Translations under genes and position numbers: made by a program | In this document: piece by piece, positions 41,724-52,067 of the stretch | Numbering within the stretch: position 1 is the first letter of the stretch | How the letters are laid out: every line of letters starts with the position of its first letter | From: Nitrospirota bacterium | Lineage (GTDB): Bacteria > Nitrospirota > UBA9217 | Direction: 5' to 3' | Assembly (NCBI GenBank): GCA_963737155.1 | Contig: CAVTRN010000001.1 | Location: forward strand, 704,001-768,000 | DNA: 64,000 bases | Notes under the pieces: model-generated | Told to the model about the DNA's origin: nothing | The model's input: only the letters and a program-made list of their open reading frames with translations | Database searches by the model: none

Positions 41724-43030
41724 GGTTCTTTCTCATCTCAAGTGGGTAGTCCGACCTTGCCGTAGTCGAGCTTACCAGTAAGCATGTAGATAATCGTCGA
41801 GAAGTTCTTGAAAGTACGGTATCCTCGTGCCTTCGACTTTGCTGCCTGAACCAAACTATTTAGGCCTTCGAGAATTCCATTGTTTACTTTGCTCTCAAAC
41901 CATCTTACAACACCCGACCAATGGTTCTTGATCGTCTTAGCTGCTTCAACGATTTGCGGTATTCTGCAATGGGTCGCCCAAAAATACCATTTCCTCAGTG
42001 CTCGCCCGAATGTCTCGCTGTCACACTCTTTATAAATATCCTGAAAGTTCTCTCGGATATGTAGCGCCCGCACTGTCTTCAGGTTCAATCGCGGCTGCGA
42101 TTCTATCGCCCGAAGTGATTCGCTTTGATTGTCTGTTAAATTCGCCCTGTTTTTTAAAAAAAGGTACTTGTGGCCGCGGAGAATATCCTGTCCTCTCGAC
42201 TCTATTTTTCTCACTTCATCTACGGCTTTGTTGATAATCTTCATCACATGAAACTTATCAAACGTGATTTGCGCGTTCTTAAAATTATCTTCCACTCCCT
42301 TAATGAATGCCGGGGACATATCTATACTCACATCCGTTATATTCTCCGGTTCACCACCGTGTTCGCGCAAATCTTGTGTACATGCGACTACCGTCTCCGA
42401 TCCTTTGCCTTCGGCCACAAAGATCGTTCTCTTCTCGTCCAGGTCGACAAAGAGGGAGACATAATCATGCCCTTTGCACTTGGACGTTTCATCCGTCCCG
42501 AGTCGCGTTACTTCTGAATAATCCTCTTCTTGACGTGCAGCCTCAACATAGTGCCGCATCATCCGCCAGAGTTTGTTATCATCAACCCCAATAATCCGTG
42601 ACACGGTGTTGACTGGCATCTCCCGACATAACGTCATAGCAAACGATTCAAACAGAAGGGTGAAATCCGCATCTGCTCGCGCCCACGGCGCATCTACACG
42701 TAAGGGGCCGTCTTGAGGACAGTCCGTTCGTGGCATTCGTACCCGTAAATAACACTCGTATTGAAAAAAGTTCAGGTGCCGCCATGTCTTTATCTTCGTA
42801 TCGTATGCTGTAACCAACTTGCCACAACGGGGACAAGGGAAAAGGCTCCCTTCCGGAAAATCAAGGTCAATATACAGGTGCTTCACATTTTCCTGAAAGT
42901 CAATCCTGGTGATTTTCCAAGGTGATTCAACTTTAAGCGCCTTCTCAAAAAGTGATTCCGGTATCTGCATAGAAGCCCTCCTTTTCGTGGCCTCTACTAT
43001 ACCATTACCCACTTAGTTTGAGAAGGAACC
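41724..43030 (-). mobile_element. ISL3-family IS (second, distinct)
   Basis: IRs GGTTCTTTCTCA..AAGTGGGTA / GGTTCCTTCTCA..AAGTGGGTA; 8-bp TSD GTTTTTAA at 41716-41723 and 43031-43038. Confidence 0.93.
41738..42970 (-). CDS. ISL3 transposase
   Basis: CPRC, WRHLNFFQY, GTDET, FDKFHV, EGLNSLVQAAK..ARGYR; ATG 42970 after GGAGG. Confidence 0.95.
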   Translation of the reverse strand: MQIPESLFEKALKVESPWKITRIDFQENVKHLYIDLDFPEGSLFPCPRCGKLVTAYDTKIKTWRHLNFFQYECYLRVRMPRTDCPQDGPLRVDAPWARADADFTLLFESFAMTLCREMPVNTVSRIIGVDDNKLWRMMRHYVEAARQEEDYSEVTRLGTDETSKCKGHDYVSLFVDLDEKRTIFVAEGKGSETVVACTQDLREHGGEPENITDVSIDMSPAFIKGVEDNFKNAQITFDKFHVMKIINKAVDEVRKIESRGQDILRGHKYLFLKNRANLTDNQSESLRAIESQPRLNLKTVRALHIRENFQDIYKECDSETFGRALRKWYFWATHCRIPQIVEAAKTIKNHWSGVVRWFESKVNNGILEGLNSLVQAAKSKARGYRTFKNFSTIIYMLTGKLDYGKVGLPT

Positions 43031-43220
43031 GTTTTTAAAAATTAAAAAAATGATCAAAGATCAAATCTAAACACAATTGATTAAAAAGTAGAAAAAACCA
43101 TTATTTCGAATTTCCCTCCTGCCTGGAGATTTGAATTTTTCAAATGAATTCTTTTTGTTACCGTATCAATCCACCCCTTTCCCGTGCCCGTCGCTTTCAG
43201 AAGATTAATATCCCTCTTGA

Positions 43221-43236
43221 TGTTCCACGTGGAACA
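43221..43236. promoter_or_regulatory. parS centromere site 1
   Basis: TGTTCCACGTGGAACA perfect palindrome matching the parS consensus. Confidence 0.92.
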
Positions 43237-43336
43237 TCTCATTCATAACGATTTTTCCGTACGGAGTCCTCCGCAATATCCTTCAAGTTATAGGGCATAC
43301 TCTCCATGCCAAAATAGTCCCGAAAAATTCCATTCT

Positions 43337-43380
43337 TATGATGCCCATCATATGAAACCCCTGGCTTTCTCCCGTATAAT
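43337..43380 (+). promoter_or_regulatory. Crp/Fnr-family (HcpR-like) site and -10 box of hcp
   Basis: TATGA-N6-TCATA centred about -42 relative to a start inferred from TATAAT at 43375-43380. Confidence 0.6.
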
Positions 43381-43437
43381 CCTGTCTCAACAAATGTAAA
43401 TAGAACCAAATCATGATCTCATACGAGGAGGCAATAT

Positions 43438-45126
43438 ATGTTTTGCTATCAATGTGAACAGGCGACAAATGGTAAAGGTTGCACAAAAATCGGTGTATGC
43501 GGCAAGGACCCCGAGTTGTCGGCGCTTCAAGACCTGCTGATTTACTCCCTGAAGGGGCTTTCACTTTATGCTGTAGAAGGAAGAAAGTTCGGGATAGTCA
43601 ATCAGGATGTGAACCTTTTTCTGACCAAAGGACTTTTTTCAACGCTTACGAACGTCGATTTTGATTCAAAACGATTTGAAAAGCTTATTCACAAAAGCTT
43701 TGAGCTCCGCGGAATTCTGAAAAAACAAGTCGAGGCAGTGGGAGGCAAGGCGGATTTTGCCCATGGGAGCGCTTCATACGTACCGGAGTTCTCTTATACA
43801 GGCCTGGTGAAGCAGGGAAGGCAGGTAGTGGAACGGGTGCCTGACACAGTGATCAATCCCGATATTCAGTCACTCCAGGATATTCTCTTGTTCGGCCTAA
43901 AAGGCATGGCCGCTTATGCGGACCATGCGGAAATCCTCGGAAAAACAGATGATTCAATCTACTCATTCATGGGCGAAGCCCTTGCGGCCATGACTGGGAC
44001 TGAGCGTGGTTTGAATGAATGGACTGAACTCGTTCTCAAATGCGGCGAGGTAAACCTCAAAACAATGGAGATTCTTGATGGAGCCAACACGGGCGCCTAC
44101 GGCCACCCGATGCCGACTCGGGTTCCACTCGGTGCAAAAAAGGGGAAGGCCATTCTCGTCTCCGGTCACGACTTGAAAGATTTAGAGATGATATTGAAAC
44201 AGAGTGAGGGCAAGGGGATCAATATTTATACCCACGGCGAAATGCTCCCAGCCCATGCTTATCCCAGCCTTAAGAAATATACTCACCTTTATGGGCACTA
44301 TGGTACCGCTTGGCAAAACCAGCATAAAGAGTTCTCACACTTTCCCGGGGCCATCGTCATGACCACCAACTGTCTCCAGAGGCCGTTGGCATTATATAAG
44401 GAAAACCTCTTTACCTGCGGCCTGGTCGGCTGGCCCGATATAGTTCACATAACAGATGGAAATTTCATGCCAGTCATTGAAAAGGCCCTTTCTCTTCACG
44501 GGTTCACAGAAGATACGCCGGGAAAAGAGGTCATGACAGGATTCGCGCGGAATTCTGTCCTCGGCGTGGCGGATAAGGTTATTGATGCTGTAAAAAAAGG
44601 TAAGATTCGGCACTTCTTCCTGGTCGGTGGATGCGACGGCGCAAAACCAGGCCGTAACTACTATACAGAGTTTGTTGAAAAGGCGCCGAAAGATACGATT
44701 GTGCTGACTTTGGCGTGCGGCAAGTTCCGGTTTTTCGATAAGGCGCTGGGAGACATAGGGGGTATCCCGCGCCTCCTCGATATCGGCCAGTGCAATGATG
44801 CCTATTCAGCTATTCAAATCGCTGTGGCCCTAGCAAAGGCATTCAATATCGGGGTGAACGACCTGCCGCTGTCGCTTGTCCTCTCATGGTATGAGCAGAA
44901 AGCCGTGGCGATTCTTCTGAGCCTGCTCCATCTGGGCATAAAGAATATCCGGCTCGGACCCACGCTTCCGGCTTTCATTACGCCCAATGTGCTTGATGTG
45001 CTCGTGAAGAACTTCAACATCAAGCCCATTGCCGAAAATCCCGAGGCCGATCTGGAGGAAATACTCGGACCCTGCTGGTCGAAAACAAAGGCTGAGTGCC
45101 TGGCGGCTGAGGAAGTGACTATGTAA
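43438..45126 (+). CDS. hcp: Hybrid cluster protein (hydroxylamine/NO reductase)
   Basis: MFCYQCEQ..GC...GVCGK, SGHDL, THGEMLPAH, GGCDG, GQCNDAY, WYEQKA. Confidence 0.97.
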   Translation: MFCYQCEQATNGKGCTKIGVCGKDPELSALQDLLIYSLKGLSLYAVEGRKFGIVNQDVNLFLTKGLFSTLTNVDFDSKRFEKLIHKSFELRGILKKQVEAVGGKADFAHGSASYVPEFSYTGLVKQGRQVVERVPDTVINPDIQSLQDILLFGLKGMAAYADHAEILGKTDDSIYSFMGEALAAMTGTERGLNEWTELVLKCGEVNLKTMEILDGANTGAYGHPMPTRVPLGAKKGKAILVSGHDLKDLEMILKQSEGKGINIYTHGEMLPAHAYPSLKKYTHLYGHYGTAWQNQHKEFSHFPGAIVMTTNCLQRPLALYKENLFTCGLVGWPDIVHITDGNFMPVIEKALSLHGFTEDTPGKEVMTGFARNSVLGVADKVIDAVKKGKIRHFFLVGGCDGAKPGRNYYTEFVEKAPKDTIVLTLACGKFRFFDKALGDIGGIPRLLDIGQCNDAYSAIQIAVALAKAFNIGVNDLPLSLVLSWYEQKAVAILLSLLHLGIKNIRLGPTLPAFITPNVLDVLVKNFNIKPIAENPEADLEEILGPCWSKTKAECLAAEEVTM

Positions 45127-45149
45127 GTTTGCAATTACCCGTTTTATTT

Positions 45150-45180
45150 AGCAGGACGGAGTATTCCGTCCTGCTCTTTA
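45150..45180 (+). terminator. hcp terminator
   Basis: AGCAGGACGGA-GTAT-TCCGTCCTGCT followed by T-rich sequence. Confidence 0.75.
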
Positions 45181-45192
45181 TTTGTCCTTTAA

Positions 45193-45208
45193 TGTTCCAC
45201 GTGGAACA
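45193..45208. promoter_or_regulatory. parS centromere site 2
   Basis: TGTTCCACGTGGAACA upstream of parA. Confidence 0.92.
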
Positions 45209-45334
45209 TCCACTAAGAATTCAGCCTTGAGAATTTCTCAATTCCCAGCTTCTCAATTTTCTCTTCCTTTTATGGCCATCCTATGGTAAATTAGTACGGT
45301 TCTGAACCGATCTATCGGAGGGTCCTGAAAAAGC

Positions 45335-46111
45335 ATGGGCAGAGTTATCGCAATTGCTAATCAGAAAGGCGGCGTAGGGAAAACCACTACCACCGTGAAC
45401 ATTGCGGCATCACTTGCCGCAGCGGAAAAAAAAGTGCTCCTTATCGACAGCGATCCCCAGGGCAATTCCACCAGCGGGATGGGTATCGACCGAAATGAGA
45501 TATCCGCCAGTACCTATGATCTTTTCACCGGGAAGAAAACTGTCGAAGAAATAAAAAAATCAACGCATTTTCCTTGGCTCGATGTGATTCCGGCAAAAAT
45601 CGACTTGGTGGGCGTCGAAGTTGAGCTCATCCCAATAATCTCACGCGAGCGGGTCCTGAAAAAAGCGCTCATGGAATTCAAAAAGGATTATGATTACGTT
45701 CTCATCGATTGTCCGCCGTCGCTTGGCCTCCTCACCGTAAACGCACTTACTGCCGCGGATGGCGTTCTCATTCCGGTGCAGTGCGAGTATTATGCGCTCG
45801 AAGGTCTGTCGGCGCTTACGAATACCATCACGCTCATTAAGCAGGACCTGAATCCCTCCCTTATCATCGAAGGCGTGCTTCTCACGATGTACGACAGCAG
45901 GAACAACCTTGCCGAGCAAGTTGCGCAGGAAGTGCGCAAATACTTTGGGTCCAAGGTATATACAACGATCATTCACCGGAACGTGGCTCTCTCCGAAGCG
46001 CCGAGCCACGGCAAGCCGGTGCTGTTGTACGACATCCGGTCCCGAGGCGCCCAAAGTTATCTTGAACTAGCGAGGGAGGTCATCAGCCATGCAAAAGCAG
46101 GCACTCGGTAA
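45335..46111 (+). CDS. parA: Chromosome partitioning ATPase ParA/Soj
   Basis: NQKGGVGKTT, DPQGN, DCPPSLG, QCEYYALEG. Confidence 0.97.
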   Translation: MGRVIAIANQKGGVGKTTTTVNIAASLAAAEKKVLLIDSDPQGNSTSGMGIDRNEISASTYDLFTGKKTVEEIKKSTHFPWLDVIPAKIDLVGVEVELIPIISRERVLKKALMEFKKDYDYVLIDCPPSLGLLTVNALTAADGVLIPVQCEYYALEGLSALTNTITLIKQDLNPSLIIEGVLLTMYDSRNNLAEQVAQEVRKYFGSKVYTTIIHRNVALSEAPSHGKPVLLYDIRSRGAQSYLELAREVISHAKAGTR

Positions 46112-46934
46112 GGGTCTTGGCGCGCTCATCCCGGACCTCTCCACGCTTGACGATAGAGATAAAAAAGCGCTCGGCATCACGGAAATAGAACTCGACAAAA
46201 TCATTCCAAACGAATACCAGCCGCGGAAGATTTTCAATGACGACAAACTAAAAGAGCTCGCCGCATCGATTAAGGAACAGGGTGTGATCCAGCCGGTCAT
46301 CGTGCACAAAGCAGGCACGGGCTATCAGCTCATTGCCGGCGAACGCAGGTGGCGCGCATCGCGTCTCGCGGGACTCAAGACCATACCATCGCTCGTCAAG
46401 GAGGCCACCAAGCGTGAGCTTCTCGAGATGGCGCTGATCGAGAACATCCAGCGCGAAGACCTGAATCCTCTCGAGGCTGCCGAAGCCTACAAACGGCTCC
46501 AGGACGAGTTCAAACTCACCCAAGAGGATCTCGCCAAACGGGTCGGTAAAGAGCGTTCAACGGTCACGAACTTCCTTCGCATTCTCCATCTACCGAAAGA
46601 GGTGAAGCAAGAGCTTGCATCAGGCGCGCTCAGTATGGGCCATGCAAAGGCGCTCCTGTCGCTTGAACGAGGCCGAGACCAGATTCTGGCTTCCGCATTG
46701 ATCGTGAAAAAAGGCCTGTCGGTCCGCGAAGCCGAAGCGCTGGCTTCAAGGCTTAAAGATCCGCCAAAACAGAATAAAATGAGCCAAAGTCAGGAGCTTC
46801 ATGCAATAGAGGAAAAACTGAAAAAATCACTGGGTACCAAGGTGAGCATCATTGCGAAAACCAAGGGTGGACGAATCGTGATTGAATACTACACGCCGGA
46901 AGAGCTGGATAGAATATTGGAAAAGATCGGATAA
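46089..46934 (+). CDS. parB: Chromosome partitioning protein ParB/Spo0J
   Basis: LGKGLGALI, QPRK.F, IAGERRWRA, ENIQREDL, HTH. Confidence 0.97.
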   Translation: MQKQALGKGLGALIPDLSTLDDRDKKALGITEIELDKIIPNEYQPRKIFNDDKLKELAASIKEQGVIQPVIVHKAGTGYQLIAGERRWRASRLAGLKTIPSLVKEATKRELLEMALIENIQREDLNPLEAAEAYKRLQDEFKLTQEDLAKRVGKERSTVTNFLRILHLPKEVKQELASGALSMGHAKALLSLERGRDQILASALIVKKGLSVREAEALASRLKDPPKQNKMSQSQELHAIEEKLKKSLGTKVSIIAKTKGGRIVIEYYTPEELDRILEKIG

Positions 46935-47201
46935 AATTATCAAATACTTTTTGACGTTAGACAAGATAGTGTTTAATGCAGCTTAAAAAAGCGACATGGA
47001 AACCTTAGTTTTTCAAAGTCTTATAAACATTGACTTTGTTTCGCTTCGCTCGCAATGATTGCATAAAGAAGTTATAGAAAGTTTCAACCCATAGTTCCGT
47101 GCCGAAAACCTACTTTTAACGAGGACATTGGAAAAAGGGGATTGTGAAATTCTATTTCGCAGTTTTAATTTTATTAATCTCATATCGAGGAGGATCCTCT
47201 T

Positions 47202-47597
47202 ATGTTAAAGAAAGGTTCCGGCACACCAGAACAGTCTGAGATCACAGCATTTTTGGGCAAAGGCACTGAATTCAAGGGCGTACTTAGTTTCGAAGGCACA
47301 ATTCGTGTTGACGGCAAAGTGGATGGGGAAATTGTTTCTAAAGACACTCTAATCGGCGGCGACGAATCGTTACTCCAAGGCGAGATTTCCATCGGTACGC
47401 TTATTTGCAGCGGCAAGATCGTGGGTAACGTCCATGCAATCCAAAAAGTGCACCTCCTTCCCCCGGCAAAAATCCAGGGGAATATCAAGACGCCCAAACT
47501 CATCATTGAGGAAGGCGTGATTTTCGATGGGAAATGCGAAATGGCTGGCGAGCAGAAAGTGGCTGAGAAGGTCGTATCGTTTTCCGACCGTAAGTGA
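47202..47597 (+). CDS. Bactofilin (polymer-forming cytoskeletal protein)
   Basis: AFLGKGTEFKG..IRVDG..G.I..LIIEEGVIFDGKCEM. Confidence 0.92.
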   Translation: MLKKGSGTPEQSEITAFLGKGTEFKGVLSFEGTIRVDGKVDGEIVSKDTLIGGDESLLQGEISIGTLICSGKIVGNVHAIQKVHLLPPAKIQGNIKTPKLIIEEGVIFDGKCEMAGEQKVAEKVVSFSDRK

Positions 47598-47637
47598 TCC
47601 GACTACACCTCATTTCCGCTTATACTTATTATGGTGC

Positions 47638-47685
47638 TTGACAACCAGCTGCTCATATTCCTGCCCTGAAGAAACGGGGTCTTCA
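47638..47685 (-). repeat. Orphan IS200/IS605 left-end-like sequence (copy B)
   Basis: Minus strand GACCCCGTTTCTTCAGGGCAGGAATATGAG; similar to 13073-13111. Confidence 0.5.
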
Positions 47686-47773
47686 GTGGCAATGGCGCAG
47701 GTGATAACGATCCCGTATTTAAAGTTCCGTCGGACAGAGTTGTCCTGAAAAACTCTGTCGTACAAAAAATAAA

Positions 47774-50700
47774 ATGACCATTTTACGCCTTTACCGGACC
47801 CCGGCCCTTTCGCCATTCCAGACCGCAGACCTTCTCGCTTCCGCACAACAGAAGGTTTCCCCGGCGATCACCAGCATCGATTCCGAGTTTTGCTTCAACA
47901 TTGCGGCAGACCATACTCTTTCTCCCGACGAGCTGTGCCTGCTCCGCTGGCTCCTTGCCGAAACGTTTGAGCCTGAAAAATTTTCCAGCAGCAGTTTCTT
48001 AAACCCAAATCTCGAGCGCCAAACACTGAACTGTCTTTTTGAAGTCGGCCCCCGCATGAATTTCACCACTGCCTGGTCCACGAATGCTGTTTCTGTGTGC
48101 CATGCCTGCGGCCTCGTGAAAATAACAAGGATTGAACGCTCTCGCCGCTACCGACTAAATCTATCGAGACAGAACGCTCTTACCAAGAACCAGGCAAGAA
48201 TATTTCTTGCCCTGGTGCACGACCGCATGACCGAGTGCCCTTATCTGGAACCGATTAAAACCTTTGAAACGGGCATCAAACCCGAGCCCGTGCGCATTGT
48301 TCCACTCTTGGAGAAGGGGAGACCGGCGCTCGAAAAAATCAATCGTGAGATGGGACTCGGCCTCGATGACTGGGACCTCGATTATTACATGAACCTCTTT
48401 GTAAAGGACATCGGACGCAATCCCACCAATGTGGAATGCTTTGACCTTTCGCAGTCCAACAGCGAACATTCTCGGCACTGGTTCTTCCGAGGCAAACTCA
48501 TCATCGACGGCCGGGAAGTACCCGAGACTCTGATGATGATCGTGAAGGCCACCTACGAGGCGAACAGGAACAACAGCATTATTGCCTTCAGCGACAACTC
48601 GAGCGCAATAAGTGGATACTTCATTACAACGATCATTCCCGAAGCCATCGGAGAACCGTCGGCATTCCATGAGGCAAAAAGGAAATATCATATTATATTC
48701 ACCGCAGAAACGCATAATTTCCCGTCCGGCGTCGCCCCTTTCCCGGGTGCCGAAACCGGCACTGGCGGACGCATCCGCGACGTGCAGGCCACCGGCATCG
48801 GTGGCCTTGTTGTCGCGGGCACTGCTGCTTACTGTGTAGGCAATCTGAGGATCCCCGGGTACGACCTTCCCTGGGAAGATGCATCATATTCATATCCGAA
48901 TAATCTTGCTTCGCCCCTCCAGATCGAAGTCGAAGCAAGCAACGGAGCCTCCGATTATGGCAACAAGTTTGGTGAGCCGGTTATTCAGGGGTTTACGCGC
49001 TCCTTCGGTCTCAGGCTTCCCGATGGAGAGCGCCGCGAATGGCTCAAGCCCATCATGTTCAGCGGAGGTGTCGGCCAGATAGATTCAGGTCACGCGAAGA
49101 AAACGGAAGCGACGAAGGGGATGCTCGTTGTCAAGATCGGCGGTCCGGCCTATCGCATCGGCATAGGCGGTGGTGCAGCATCGTCCATGATCCAGGGAGA
49201 GAACATTGCCGAGCTCGACTTCAACGCCGTGCAGCGCGGAGACGCGGAGATGGAGCAGAAGCTGAACCGTGTAATACGCGCCTGCGTCGAGCTGGGTGAA
49301 AAAAATCCTATTCAAAGTATCCACGACCAGGGGGCGGGCGGTAATTGCAATGTGGTCAAGGAAATCGTCTATCCCGCGGGCGCGAAAATCCAGATCAGGA
49401 AAATCCAAGTCAACGACAATACAATGTCGGTCCTCGAAATCTGGGGCGCAGAATACCAGGAGCAGAACGCGCTCCTTTTAAAATCCGAGCATGAGGACCT
49501 GTTCAAGTCGCTTTGCGAACGGGAGAAAGTGCCCGTGGCGGTCATCGGGTTTGTCACCGGTGACGGCTTTATCGTGCTTTATGACGAATTCGATAGCTCC
49601 ATTCCGGAAAACCTCAAGCTTGCCAAAGTGCTCGGCGACATGCCGCAGAAAGTATTCAGGCTCGACAGGAAAAGAACATCTCTCAAGCCCCTTGAGCTGC
49701 CAAAAGACCTTACCGTGTTCCAGGCCCTTAACCGCGTACTCCGGCTGATCTCCGTTGGCTCCAAGCGCTTCCTCACGAACAAGGTTGACCGCTCAGTCAC
49801 CGGCCTTATCGCGCGTCAGCAGTGCGCTGGCCCGCTCCAGCTGGCCGTATCAGACGTCGCCGTAATCGCACAGTCCCACTTTGGCCTGACCGGCGCCGCG
49901 ATCTCGATTGGCGAGCAGCCTATCAAGGAACTGATCGACCCTGCGGCCATGGCCAGAATGAGCGTCGGCGAGGCGCTCACGAATATCGTCTGGGCCCCGG
50001 TGAGCGGTCTCAGCGATATCCGCTGTTCTGCAAACTGGATGTGGGCCCCCAAGCTTCCGGGCGAAGGTTCTCGGCTTTACGATGCCGCCGTTGCAATGCG
50101 GGATGTAATGATCGAATTCGGCATGGCGGTTGACGGCGGCAAGGACAGCCTTTCCATGGCGGCACGAGTCACGAATCCAGACAATTCAAGCGAGATCGTG
50201 AAGTCGCCCGGCACGCTCGTTATATCTGCTTATGTTACGTGTCCAGACATCGCCAAGACCGTCACCCCTGACCTCAAGGCACCGGGGAAAAGCAGGATTC
50301 TGTTTATCGATCTCGGCAATAGCCAAAACCGTCTCGGAGGATCTTCTCTTGCTCATGTCTTCAGCCAGATCGGTGACAAATCCCCGGACCTCGACGATCC
50401 CCAGCTGCTTATACGGACATTCAATGCTGTTCAACAACTGATCCGGGATGAGCTTATTCTAGCCGGCCATGACAGATCCGACGGCGGCCTGGCAACAACA
50501 TTGCTTGAAATGGCCTTTTCGGGAAATTGCGGTATAGAAATCGATCTTGGCAGGCAAAATGACGCTATTGCTGCCCTCTTCTCCGAAGAGCTCGGCCTCG
50601 CGATTGAATATCTCCCGAAGAACGAGAATGCTATATTCTCCCTTCTTGAGAACGCTGCGATACCTTATCAGGTAATAGGCAAAACCACGCCGGAAAAACT

Positions 50701-51730
50701 TATCGTTCTTTCGCATCGAACGCTGCAGTCCGAACGCAAACCAGTCTTGCACGAAGACATGCGCGTTCTCCGCGATATCTGGGAAGAGACCGGCCACCAC
50801 CTTGATCTCAAGCAGCGGAATCCCGCGAATATACGCGAAGAGCGGGAAAATATCTATGACAGAAAAGGCCCGTCCTTTATCATACCCTTCACACCGTCAA
50901 AGACAGCCAATGGTTTCCTCTGCAGCACATCCAAACCGAAAGTGGCAGTTATCCGTGAAGAGGGGAGCAATGGTGACCGGGAGATGACCTCGGCATTCTA
51001 CCTGGCGGGATTCGAACCTTGGGACGTAACCATAACCGACCTTCTTGAAGGCCGCATCACGCTCGATGAATTCCGCGGCGTTGTCTTTGTCGGCGGTTTC
51101 AGTTATGCCGATGTTCTTGATTCCGCAAAAGGCTGGGCCGCATCCATCCGTTTCAACAAAAAAGTCTGGAACCAGTTCGAGACTTTCTATCACCGTTCGG
51201 ATACTTTCAGCCTCGGCGTGTGCAACGGCTGCCAGCTCATGGCGCTCCTCGGCTGGGTACCTTGGCGTGGCATCGCCGACGAGCATCAGCCGCGTTTCAT
51301 CCACAACAAATCTGGCAGGTTCGAATCGCGCTTCTCGACAGTAAAAATACTACCAAGTCCTGCCCTCATGTTCAAAGGCATGGAGAATTCTGTGCTCGGC
51401 ATCTGGGTTGCTCACGGAGAAGGTCTTGCGTACTTCCCTGATAAGCATATGTACAATGAGTGCGAACAGGGACTCGCTCCGGTTCGCTATGTCGATGACG
51501 AAACAAGAATCACTGAAGCCTATCCGTTCAATCCCAACGGCTCGCCTGCAGGAATTGCCAGCCTTTGCTCCCCCGACGGCCGTCATCTCGCAATGATGCC
51601 ACATCCCGAGCGCGCCGTGCTCACCTGGCAATGGGGCTGGATGCCCGAGGATCTCAAGAAATCTCTCGAAGCATCCCCTTGGCTCAGGATGTTCCAGAAC
51701 GCACGCCAGTGGTGCGAGAGGATTACTTGA
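47774..51730 (+). CDS. purL: Phosphoribosylformylglycinamidine synthase, large single-chain type
   Basis: 1318 aa; SEHSRHWFF, AETHNFP, HDQGAGG, fused glutaminase GVCNGCQ and MMPHPER. Confidence 0.97.
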   Translation: MTILRLYRTPALSPFQTADLLASAQQKVSPAITSIDSEFCFNIAADHTLSPDELCLLRWLLAETFEPEKFSSSSFLNPNLERQTLNCLFEVGPRMNFTTAWSTNAVSVCHACGLVKITRIERSRRYRLNLSRQNALTKNQARIFLALVHDRMTECPYLEPIKTFETGIKPEPVRIVPLLEKGRPALEKINREMGLGLDDWDLDYYMNLFVKDIGRNPTNVECFDLSQSNSEHSRHWFFRGKLIIDGREVPETLMMIVKATYEANRNNSIIAFSDNSSAISGYFITTIIPEAIGEPSAFHEAKRKYHIIFTAETHNFPSGVAPFPGAETGTGGRIRDVQATGIGGLVVAGTAAYCVGNLRIPGYDLPWEDASYSYPNNLASPLQIEVEASNGASDYGNKFGEPVIQGFTRSFGLRLPDGERREWLKPIMFSGGVGQIDSGHAKKTEATKGMLVVKIGGPAYRIGIGGGAASSMIQGENIAELDFNAVQRGDAEMEQKLNRVIRACVELGEKNPIQSIHDQGAGGNCNVVKEIVYPAGAKIQIRKIQVNDNTMSVLEIWGAEYQEQNALLLKSEHEDLFKSLCEREKVPVAVIGFVTGDGFIVLYDEFDSSIPENLKLAKVLGDMPQKVFRLDRKRTSLKPLELPKDLTVFQALNRVLRLISVGSKRFLTNKVDRSVTGLIARQQCAGPLQLAVSDVAVIAQSHFGLTGAAISIGEQPIKELIDPAAMARMSVGEALTNIVWAPVSGLSDIRCSANWMWAPKLPGEGSRLYDAAVAMRDVMIEFGMAVDGGKDSLSMAARVTNPDNSSEIVKSPGTLVISAYVTCPDIAKTVTPDLKAPGKSRILFIDLGNSQNRLGGSSLAHVFSQIGDKSPDLDDPQLLIRTFNAVQQLIRDELILAGHDRSDGGLATTLLEMAFSGNCGIEIDLGRQNDAIAALFSEELGLAIEYLPKNENAIFSLLENAAIPYQVIGKTTPEKLIVLSHRTLQSERKPVLHEDMRVLRDIWEETGHHLDLKQRNPANIREERENIYDRKGPSFIIPFTPSKTANGFLCSTSKPKVAVIREEGSNGDREMTSAFYLAGFEPWDVTITDLLEGRITLDEFRGVVFVGGFSYADVLDSAKGWAASIRFNKKVWNQFETFYHRSDTFSLGVCNGCQLMALLGWVPWRGIADEHQPRFIHNKSGRFESRFSTVKILPSPALMFKGMENSVLGIWVAHGEGLAYFPDKHMYNECEQGLAPVRYVDDETRITEAYPFNPNGSPAGIASLCSPDGRHLAMMPHPERAVLTWQWGWMPEDLKKSLEASPWLRMFQNARQWCERIT

Positions 51731-52067
51731 AACTATGCTTGTGACAGCAGACTCGGTGCTGGCTTAACGCCGCTACAATCATATCGAACAACCATGTTGA
51801 CAAAATATGCCGGTGGTTTCGGAGAAAAAACCGTTAACACGGACCCGCTCTCTTCCTTCCAAGTAAAAAAACGTATCTATTATCAGCGCGCTCATCAGGA
51901 GTGCTTAGGCGGGTACTTCGTGTAAAAGAATCTTCTGGATTATGTAGGGTTGGAGGGACTGGTTCAGGAACTTCATATCTAGGCGGGTCGTTCCGACAAC
52001 GTACTCACAGGTCTTGCGCGCAACGCACAGAAAAATCCTGTACGTTTTCTCCTTTCCAGGCGCTTCA

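Noticed and set aside
47038-47062. TTCGCTTCGCTCGCAATGA REP-like fragment
   Set aside because: Single partial copy in this window; too little support
47600-47770. Purine/ZTP/PRPP riboswitch upstream of purL
   Set aside because: No recognisable conserved riboswitch motif; part of it matches an IS-end-like repeat
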